Shown piece by piece: positions 1 to 6,837 of a DNA stretch of 64,000 nucleotides; position 1 is the first letter of the stretch, and each line of letters begins with the position of its first letter. This stretch comes from Nitrospirota bacterium (GTDB lineage Bacteria; JACPQY01), in assembly GCA_016180645.1 (NCBI GenBank), contig JACPAV010000028.1:1-64000 (forward strand), given 5' to 3'. Both the position numbers and the translations under genes were made by a program. A model generated the notes under the pieces. It made no database searches. It saw only the letters and a program-made list of their open reading frames with translations, and was not told where the DNA came from.

Positions 1-88
1 CTCATCACGGCAGCAAAGAAGCGTATCGTCGGCGCATTGTGGAAGCAATGTGATCCCACTTCCCCACAGGATCGCAAGGACGAAGTAT

Positions 89-1162
89 CTACCGGGGGTT
101 GTAGACATAGACCAGTCCGCCAAACAGTTGAGGGAGGAAGACGGCGCTTCCTTCCCACTGGTACTTGCTCTTGTCTCCAAGCACTTCGAACGATATCTCC
201 TTGGAATCTGCGTACGGAGCCAGTATGTACATCCGCCCTCCAAGGACAATCCCGATGGTATCCGCAGCGATGAGTCCAAGAACTACACCCGCAGAACCGG
301 ACAGCACCGTAGAATTCCCGGACTCTGCTGGGAAAAGGGACGTTCCTCCGAACGATAACGTTATCCCACCTATCGCTGGAGGCTCCAACCGCCCCAGATA
401 GATGGTACCAAGATACCCAAACAGCTTGAGATTATTTGATCCGCTCGCTTCGATCGCCGTCCCGCTCTTCGCTGTCGCCTCCACATCCGTTGGCAAATAC
501 AGAAAAGTGAGACCCCCGGCGACATGATCGCCGATGGAAGCAAGAAAGTCGGCTCCCATGACCGGACCAGTTCCGATCTTCTCGGAAATTGAGGCTACAA
601 CCTTTCCTTGGGAGAAACTCTCAAGCTTCGCTGTTTCGTCTAGCAACCCAATTGCTACTCCGCCTGTGATCGTTGCAATCGTGGATTCGAGGCCCCGCCC
701 GAAAGCATCCGTCCTTCTCCTTCGAGAACGGAAGCCCCTTCGGGTTGGTCGTCTGGAAGCCCGTTCCAACTCCCTCGCCAAGTCGTTTCCGACCACGATC
801 AGAATCTCGTAGCGGGATTCGGACGGGAGCTGCTCAACAGAGTCGGATTCTTCAAGAAGCCCCTCTTTCAAGTCCTTGCAGGTCCATACGTGCATAGGCT
901 TGCAAAGGATCTTGGTTTTCCCCTGCACTTTCTTTGCTCGTCCGACTCCTTTGATGGTGTATCCCTTCTTGGCAAGCAATTCGCGGGTTAATTCTGCCGT
1001 GTGTTCATCGTCGGAAGCGTTCAAGATCACAATCTCCGGATTGGTGGCATAAGAGGGGAAGGGGCCAGCGATGACAACACAAAGTATGACGAGGTAGACG
1101 GTTCTACTCGTGCGTGGTTTGCGCCGAGGCCAAGCTGGAGATCCCCGTCGCCCACCGATCAC
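89..1162 (-). CDS. Exported protein with LytR C-terminal domain and a possible beta-barrel C-terminus
   Basis: Hydrophobic signal, then IVILNAS...LAKKGY...YEILIVVGND (LytR_C pattern); C-terminus has alternating beta-strand-like segments ending VYVYNPR. Confidence 0.65.
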   Translation of the reverse strand: MIGGRRGSPAWPRRKPRTSRTVYLVILCVVIAGPFPSYATNPEIVILNASDDEHTAELTRELLAKKGYTIKGVGRAKKVQGKTKILCKPMHVWTCKDLKEGLLEESDSVEQLPSESRYEILIVVGNDLARELERASRRPTRRGFRSRRRRTDAFGRGLESTIATITGGVAIGLLDETAKLESFSQGKVVASISEKIGTGPVMGADFLASIGDHVAGGLTFLYLPTDVEATAKSGTAIEASGSNNLKLFGYLGTIYLGRLEPPAIGGITLSFGGTSLFPAESGNSTVLSGSAGVVLGLIAADTIGIVLGGRMYILAPYADSKEISFEVLGDKSKYQWEGSAVFLPQLFGGLVYVYNPR

Positions 1163-1193
1163 GATCTTTGGAAATGGATTGGAGAATTCGCAG

Positions 1194-1547
1194 TCACGCC
1201 AGTCCGAAAAGTTTGAGCATCAACCCGAATAGAATGATACCCACGATCCCCCACACGATGTCAGATCGTGAAACTGGTCGGAGAACGTATTTCCTGAACG
1301 CTTCTTCCTCTGGAGTGGTAGTTTCCTTCTCAGGGTCGGTCTGAGAATCCAACCCTAGACTCTTCCATCCTGTCTGTTTCCGGGAAAATAGCCCTGTACC
1401 TGGGAAACTTGCTTGCGTGTGAACACCCATCGGGCCGATGCCGAACCGCAAGCCCTTGACGCGGAAACTCGACCCGACGCCCTTCTTGCTCAAGTTCAGC
1501 CGTAGTCCGCCACCGAGATTGATCGATTTTCTGAAGTTTAGGCCCAT
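1194..1547 (-). CDS. DUF4236 domain membrane protein
   Basis: MGLNFRKSINLGGGLRLNLSKKGVG...ASFPGTGL signature; C-terminal TM helix. Confidence 0.8.
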   Translation of the reverse strand: MGLNFRKSINLGGGLRLNLSKKGVGSSFRVKGLRFGIGPMGVHTQASFPGTGLFSRKQTGWKSLGLDSQTDPEKETTTPEEEAFRKYVLRPVSRSDIVWGIVGIILFGLMLKLFGLA

Positions 1548-1628
1548 TCGTCCCCCTTTTTCTTGGTCAATTGGTTCGATGCCAACCCCCGATCATTCTG
1601 CGCAATACCTCTTGCCTGGACGATAGCA

Positions 1629-1676
1629 TAGGGTTGCCCCGTAGGCAACTCTACGGAATCCCCGTCTTGGTAGCGT
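1629..1676 (+). promoter_or_regulatory. Inverted-repeat operator plus extended -10 of the HTH gene
   Basis: TAGGGTTGCC-CCGTA-GGCAACTCTA (9/10 inverted repeat, 1629-1653); TGg-TAGCGT (1668-1676) 6 nt before GTG 1683. Confidence 0.55.
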
Positions 1677-1682
1677 CCGCGC

Positions 1683-1895
1683 GTGGAAGCGGATTACCGG
1701 AAATCGCTCGGACGGAAAATCGAGAAGCTACGGCAACGTAGGAAAATGACCACGGAAGGTCTCGCCTGGGCTTCCGACCTGAGCAAGAGCTACCTTGGTC
1801 GGGTTCAGCGAGGTGAGCGGCTCCCTTCAGTAGACGTTCTTGCGAAACTCGCCAAGGTCCTGGGATGTAAAGTCCGAGAGTTTTTCGACTTCTGA
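1683..1895 (+). CDS. XRE/Cro HTH regulator, controller (C)-protein-like
   Basis: LGRKIEKLRQRRKMTTEGLAWASDLSKSYLGRVQRGERLPSVDVLAKLAKVLG. Confidence 0.85.
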   Translation: MEADYRKSLGRKIEKLRQRRKMTTEGLAWASDLSKSYLGRVQRGERLPSVDVLAKLAKVLGCKVREFFDF

Positions 1896-2707
1896 TAGGC
1901 CCCCGATTCTCGTTTTCTGTACGCGGAATCGCCTGTTGCCTCGGTGGAACCGGCGCTTGAACGGATCGACCCGGTGCACTGGATCAACACCTGGTTAGCA
2001 ATCTGAAGCCGGAGGCGCAGAAACGGGCCTGGCGCATCATGAAAGGGGCCTTCCGATAATTGCGATTGAGGCCGGGAGAAAGATTCCGAGCGTAGTGGTT
2101 GTGGCGTGGATCACCGAGGCTTTTGTCGTGAAAGTCCCCGACCTCCTCAATTTCGGGTTGTAAAAGAGTGCCTCCGCTGCTTTCTCGCTAATTCTCTTTT
2201 TTTCGCGGTTTTCAGAATTTCGGGGGGAAGGAATCGGACTTGTTGATATTCTGTTGACAACGTCGAGAAAACGGGCGGTTAGGTAGCCAAGCCCGGAAAG
2301 TGAACCAAGACAAATGGTCATTTCTCAATAAACGTCAACAAACACCCCAGAAAAGTGAAACACGGCGCACCGTGTCTGTTTCCACTCAGGAGCGTGAGGG
2401 ACGGCGCAAGGTGGCGATGACGATTTGATCCGTTGTTTCCTGCGCGTCGATCTCCCCTATCCCGGAAAATCTACTTCCTGTTTCCTTTGTCATGGGCTGA
2501 AGAATCTTTCAAGCTGCGAATTCTTGGACTTTTGCAATATGCACCGTATGTCACGGTACTGAAGCCGTTCGCGGTGAGCCTGCCGAGCCAAACACGGTGT
2601 ACTTCCAAGAACTTGCCTTTCGACAACCACATGGCGCACGTGCTGGGAAGCGCAGCAAAGCCCAATCTGTAGGAATCCGACGATTTTCAGAAATTGAAAA
2701 GAAGCCT

Positions 2708-2726
2708 TCTCAGGGTAAAGAAAGAG
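2708..2726 (+). repeat. 19-bp direct repeat, copy 1 (upstream of rep)
   Basis: TCTCAGGGTAAAGAAAGAG, identical to 3805-3823. Confidence 0.9.
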
Positions 2727-2767
2727 AAAGCAAGCAAATGAATCCGTAAAGAAAAAGGAGGAATTGA

Positions 2768-3727
2768 ATGGCTGAAAACAAAGGCCGCGCGGCATTCACT
2801 CCAGCGCGGCCCGAACTGAATCACAATCGGCAAAATAAACCATGGACAGGATCACGTCAACCATCATTTTCCACAACCCCTTACCTTGCATATACCGGTT
2901 CTAACCTTGCATTTCTTCCCGATGTAGATCGAGATTGGCATCTGTCAACGTGCGGAGGTCGCCTTGCGACCATTTACGTTCCATCGACCGGGAGGGCCAT
3001 CTACGTTCACGCTGGGTGTAATTCAAGAACCTGCGCAATTTCCGCCCGAAAGCGGCGACGCCGCCATTGGCGCAAATACCGCCCCGTCCTAATCACGTTT
3101 AATCACCCTAGTTTCGTCGTTCTCACCATCCGTCGAGTCCGCTTGGCGGACCTCACCGATGCCGTCGACGCCCTCAAGCGATGTTTTGCCAGACTTCGGA
3201 GGTCCAAGGTATGGCCAATCAAGGCCGGTTTTTGGTCGGTGGAATTTACCGTTGATTCCGAATCGGAAACTGCCTTCCCTCACCTCAACATCATTGGTTT
3301 GAAGGGGGGATGGATCGTCAAAGCGCGACTCAGGAAAGCTTGGCGCAGGATCACCCGGAAGGAAGGACTTGTGGCCAACGACCTCCCCTACGTAAACCAA
3401 ATCCATACACCCAAACATCGGCGAAACGTGTTCAAGTACTCAATCAAGCCCTTGCGGATTCGGAAAAGGATTCGGGTCCAAGTCGATCGAGCTATCAGAG
3501 GAAAGCGTCTTTTCGGCACTTTTGGCCCGCGATCCTATTTCCGCCTAGCACTACGGCCGAAGTCCCGAAGTGCTTTCTTTCGTCAGACACCTGACGTGAA
3601 CGACGTTATCGACAGCCTCTTCCTTCCTGTCAATGTGCCTGCCCTCGAAGAGGACATACTCAATTCGCGCGATGACGACAAGGACGAAACCTTCTGGGGT
3701 CCAGCGGAACTCTTCGGATTCGAATAA
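2768..3727 (+). CDS. Rolling-circle replication initiator (Rep_1/pC194-like HUH endonuclease)
   Basis: CNSRTC, motif I FVVLT, WSVEFT, motif II PHLNII, motif III KYSIKP; RBS AAGGAGG upstream. Confidence 0.75.
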   Translation: MAENKGRAAFTPARPELNHNRQNKPWTGSRQPSFSTTPYLAYTGSNLAFLPDVDRDWHLSTCGGRLATIYVPSTGRAIYVHAGCNSRTCAISARKRRRRHWRKYRPVLITFNHPSFVVLTIRRVRLADLTDAVDALKRCFARLRRSKVWPIKAGFWSVEFTVDSESETAFPHLNIIGLKGGWIVKARLRKAWRRITRKEGLVANDLPYVNQIHTPKHRRNVFKYSIKPLRIRKRIRVQVDRAIRGKRLFGTFGPRSYFRLALRPKSRSAFFRQTPDVNDVIDSLFLPVNVPALEEDILNSRDDDKDETFWGPAELFGFE

Positions 3728-3804
3728 CAGGATTGAAAGGTGACTGATGGGCCTAGCGGGTCGGCCCGGCGAATGCCGGAAATGCTACGTTTTAAGATTC
3801 AGGG

Positions 3805-3823
3805 TCTCAGGGTAAAGAAAGAG
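3805..3823 (+). repeat. 19-bp direct repeat, copy 2 (downstream of rep)
   Basis: TCTCAGGGTAAAGAAAGAG, identical to 2708-2726. Confidence 0.9.
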
Positions 3824-4008
3824 TGTGGAGACAGATAGTGAAATGAGACTCCGGGCGACGAGCCGCATGAGGGCGGTGCTGTTGTCACAAGATCCGGCCG
3901 GAATTGGTGCGGTTTCCGCGATACTGCGGCGAGTCGCACTACCGCCCTACCGAGGGCATGGGAACGCGCCGGTCATCCGGAAATCCGCCCTGGAAGGGCC
4001 TTTCTGAA

Positions 4009-4194
4009 ATGGCCAGGAACACGAAACCTACCGAGCCGAGAGAATGCCCGGCATGTGGGCGGGAATTCTTGGTGAGCAAATGGAACGGCAAGAAACGGTA
4101 TTGCAGCCGGGAGTGCCAAACCCGTGCGGCCAGCCAGCGGCAATACGTGCAGTTCAAGGAGGCTCTCGCCGCCGTGAAGAGGTCAGCCGGGTAG
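4009..4194 (+). CDS. Small zinc-finger protein
   Basis: CPACGREF...KRYCSREC motif. Confidence 0.65.
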   Translation: MARNTKPTEPRECPACGREFLVSKWNGKKRYCSRECQTRAASQRQYVQFKEALAAVKRSAG

Positions 4195-4197
4195 GGT

Positions 4198-4455
4198 ATG
4201 GACACCACCACGGAGGTGAGTCCATTCCCGTCTCCGGGCGGCTGTGCCGAGCCGTTTTCAGTTGGACCCATCCAGGCGGAGAAATTGACCGGCATGAGTC
4301 GGCATTACTGGCGGCAACTTGCTTACAAGGGGGTCATTCGTTCATTCAAGGTGGGGCGTCGTCTGCTCCTTGATTGGGGCGAGGTGAAAGCCCACATCGA
4401 GAAGCACCAAGTTGAACGAAAGGCGGCGACCTCAATCGAAGAGCGGCACTCTTGA
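4198..4455 (+). CDS. Excisionase-like HTH (HTH_17/MerR-type) protein
   Basis: QAEKLTGMSRHYWRQLAYKGVIRSFKVGRRLLLDWGEVKAHIE. Confidence 0.75.
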   Translation: MDTTTEVSPFPSPGGCAEPFSVGPIQAEKLTGMSRHYWRQLAYKGVIRSFKVGRRLLLDWGEVKAHIEKHQVERKAATSIEERHS

Positions 4456-4479
4456 CAACACGATTGGATATGCTACCGT
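4452..4479 (+). promoter_or_regulatory. Sigma70-type promoter of a leaderless HTH gene
   Basis: TTGACA-16 nt-TACCGT with TG extension, 7 nt before GTG 4487. Confidence 0.6.
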
Positions 4480-4486
4480 TGGTAAC

Positions 4487-4687
4487 GTGAGCGCAAGGCG
4501 TGTCCGGCAGATTCGGAAAAGGCTTGGTCTCACACAAGCGGAATTGGCTGAACGCCTTGGAACGACACGGACAACCATTTCACGCTGGGAAGCCGGTATC
4601 CGGCAGCCATCGCGTATGGTCCTGAATGCTCTTGGTTGGTTAGTGGAGATTTCCGGGAAGTCGCTGAAAGGGGGGAAACGTGCCTAG
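4487..4687 (+). CDS. XRE-family HTH regulator
   Basis: VRQIRKRLGLTQAELAERLGTTRTTISRWEAGIRQP. Confidence 0.85.
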   Translation: MSARRVRQIRKRLGLTQAELAERLGTTRTTISRWEAGIRQPSRMVLNALGWLVEISGKSLKGGKRA

Positions 4688-4726
4688 ACCGACGGGCTTT
4701 TTTCTCTCCGGGGTTGCGGGGATCGG

Positions 4727-5005
4727 CTATCCAATGCCCTCCAAGCGGTGCCCGCCGACGGCCCGGATTCGAAGTTGCCCGGACGCAGGAATTTCGAAGT
4801 GGATTCGGTGCGCGTCATCCATGCGGGAGCGGAGAGCGGGCCTGCCGCCTATTTCAATTTTCTCCGTATGAAGCGACGGATGGAAAAGGTTTCCACTGGC
4901 GAGACAGCAAGCCTTGATGAAACGGGATTTCAGGTTCTTGTCCCATGAGTCCACGGTATCAAGTTCGGCAGGCGGAATGACGATTTCGAAGCGAGCGGTG
5001 GACAC
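4727..5005 (-). CDS. RelE/ParE-superfamily toxin
   Basis: HPSLHTEKI...RSRMDDAHRIHF...IRAVGGH pattern, 92 aa. Confidence 0.65.
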   Translation of the reverse strand: MSTARFEIVIPPAELDTVDSWDKNLKSRFIKACCLASGNLFHPSLHTEKIEIGGRPALRSRMDDAHRIHFEIPASGQLRIRAVGGHRLEGIG

Positions 5006-5024
5006 GTCCGGCGTGGGCCGCGGC

Positions 5025-5198
5025 CTACCGAGCGGTCTTACGCCACTGTTTCAGTTCTTCAGGCGTAAGGGCTTCCTTGAGTGTGCGGTAACGAACGACC
5101 GGGAGCTTATCCAGCATCTTCTTGATGGCGATGGACTCCGCGCGGGTTCGCCCGTAATTGGGAACCTTCGCGGATTTCTTTCCTCTTCCGTTCTTCAC
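5025..5198 (-). CDS. Small basic protein, putative antitoxin
   Basis: 57 aa, directly upstream of the toxin; GTG 6 nt after the -10. Confidence 0.5.
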   Translation of the reverse strand: MKNGRGKKSAKVPNYGRTRAESIAIKKMLDKLPVVRYRTLKEALTPEELKQWRKTAR

Positions 5199-5204
5199 GC
5201 TTTC

Positions 5205-5233
5205 AGTGTACTCCCGGCCCGGAAGCCGGTCAA
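5205..5233 (-). promoter_or_regulatory. Sigma70 promoter of the TA operon
   Basis: TTGACC-17 nt-TACACT on the minus strand. Confidence 0.65.
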
Positions 5234-5250
5234 ATGGAAGGAGGGAAGTC

Positions 5251-6678
5251 ATGCCTAGACCGAGGCTGAAACCTTGCAAAGGCGTCACACCGCTCAAGGA
5301 TGGCCGGTACCTGGTCCGGTACGTGGATCAATTTGGATCGGACCACAAGGAAATCAAGGCCACGCTTCAAGAGGCCATGGACCGCAAGCGGGAAGTAACG
5401 GAGGCCATCGGGCGGGGGGAACGCCCCTGGATGGAGCGGAAGGACAAGCCGGTGCTGTTCGATGAAATCGTCGCGGACAAACTGGCGGACATGGATGACA
5501 AAGGGAGAAAATCGGCGAAAAAGTATGAGGCGGCTTTCCTCACCTTCTGCGAGAAGGCATTTTCCGGGAAGCCGGTGGACTTGATTACCCCCCGTGCCAT
5601 TGAAGATTTTTTGCGGGCGCTACAAAAGGCGGATGGCGAATTCAAGGGGGCCAACCTGCACGGTCAAGGACGCGAAGGGGCCACGCTGAACCGTTATCGG
5701 GCTTTCCTCTCCGGTTGTTTCCGGGTGGCGGTGAAGAACGGGAAGGCGAAGTACAACCCGGTGTCTCAAGTGGACCGGAGGGACGAAAAGCCCCCGCGTG
5801 ACGTGTACCTGACGGTCAAGGATGAATCCGCGATCCTGGAAAAGTGTCCGGGTTGGCTCCGGCCCGTTGCGGTGCTTGGGTTCGACACGGGGGCGCGGCT
5901 GTCGGAGATTCTCGGCATTCGGTGGGAGGATGTGGATCTGGACCGCCGGGAAATCCACTTCCCGGAAACGAAGAATGACCAACCCCGGACGATTGCGATG
6001 ACGGAGAGGGTGAAAGCGATCCTTGGCAACTTGCGGTACGGCGGGCTGGTGTTTTCCATGCTCGGGCCGCGCCGGTATGGGAATGTTGAACCCGTGGTCG
6101 CGTCGGTTCCATTGGGACGTGTGTTCCTCGCCAAGCGGGATGCCGTTTCACGCGCCTTTGTGAAAGCGGCGAAGGATGCAGGTTTCGCGGATTTCCATTT
6201 CCACGATACCCGGCATGTGTGCGCTACACGGCTGGCGGAATTGGGCTTTCCTCAAAAGGCCATTGGGGAATGGCTGGGGCACTTGACGCCATCGGTCACG
6301 GCCCGGTACATCAACTTTGCAAAGGCGAAAGCTTTCAAGCAGACTATGGCCCGCGCCCTTTCCGGGGAGAAGGCGGGCGGATTGCCCCAAAATGCCGGGT
6401 TTTCCGCCCCTACCGGAAGCCTACCGGAAGCGGAAAAGATGGCTTCCGGGATGGCTCCTAACCCATTGATCTTGCTTGGCCGGAGTGGCGGAATGGCAGA
6501 CGCAGCGGACTCAAAATCCGCCGGTGGCAACGCCGTGGAGGTTCAAGTCCTCTCTCCGGCATTGGCTTCGTCATGCGAGCATTCCTTGCTCGCGAAACAA
6601 GGAAGCCAATACGGCCGGCCTCCTGCCGGGCCGCACTTTCTTCGTGAGCGCGGACATCGTTTCCGCCGAAAAGGTTGA
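5251..6678 (+). CDS. int: Tyrosine recombinase/integrase (ORF continues through tRNA-Leu)
   Basis: RBS GGAGG; TGARLSEI, FHFHDTRH and LGHLTPSVTARY catalytic motifs. Confidence 0.92.
   Translation: MPRPRLKPCKGVTPLKDGRYLVRYVDQFGSDHKEIKATLQEAMDRKREVTEAIGRGERPWMERKDKPVLFDEIVADKLADMDDKGRKSAKKYEAAFLTFCEKAFSGKPVDLITPRAIEDFLRALQKADGEFKGANLHGQGREGATLNRYRAFLSGCFRVAVKNGKAKYNPVSQVDRRDEKPPRDVYLTVKDESAILEKCPGWLRPVAVLGFDTGARLSEILGIRWEDVDLDRREIHFPETKNDQPRTIAMTERVKAILGNLRYGGLVFSMLGPRRYGNVEPVVASVPLGRVFLAKRDAVSRAFVKAAKDAGFADFHFHDTRHVCATRLAELGFPQKAIGEWLGHLTPSVTARYINFAKAKAFKQTMARALSGEKAGGLPQNAGFSAPTGSLPEAEKMASGMAPNPLILLGRSGGMADAADSKSAGGNAVEVQVLSPALASSCEHSLLAKQGSQYGRPPAGPHFLRERGHRFRRKG
6409..6470. promoter_or_regulatory. 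att-arm region: tandem 11-bp repeats and IHF-like site
   Basis: CCTACCGGAAG x2 (6409-6430); TAACCCATTGAT (6459-6470) is the reverse complement of ATCAA-N4-TTA. Confidence 0.55.
6479..6561 (+). tRNA. tRNA-Leu(CAA), CCA not encoded
   Basis: Acceptor GCCGGAG/CTCCGGC-A, anticodon arm GCGGA-CTCAAAA-TCCGC, long variable arm, T-arm GAGG-TTCAAGT-CCTC. Confidence 0.95.
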
Positions 6679-6686
6679 AAGTGCGG
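6631..6686. repeat. Structured repeat, copy 1 (CCGCACTTTC...GAAAGTGCGG)
   Basis: Homologous to 10666-10721. Confidence 0.8.
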
Positions 6687-6754
6687 CGGGCATCCGGCCC
6701 GACCGCACTTGCTTCGTCATTCCGACCTTCCATGGTCGGCGTCGGATGAAGCGA

Positions 6755-6816
6755 GGTAGTCGCGGGCTTTACGCCCGCGTCCCTTCGGCGAGACGACCCC
6801 TGAAGGGTGCGGCTCC
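6755..6816. repeat. GTAG-type REP doublet (second arm degenerate)
   Basis: GGTAGTCGCGGGCTTTACGCCCGCG...CCCTGAAGGGTGCGGCTCC. Confidence 0.65.
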
Positions 6817-6837
6817 CTCTGGCAAATGGGCCTCGCT

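Larger units (their letters stand above)
1..6478. mobile_element. Integrative element (int + xis + rolling-circle Rep + TA) abutting tRNA-Leu; left end lies outside the window
   Basis: Integrase, excisionase-like, Rep_1-like, HTH and toxin genes cluster next to a tRNA; visibly more AT-rich than the downstream host genes. Confidence 0.85.

Noticed and set aside
2037-2795. Short ORFs upstream of rep
   Set aside because: No RBS, motifs or consistent strand; treated as noncoding
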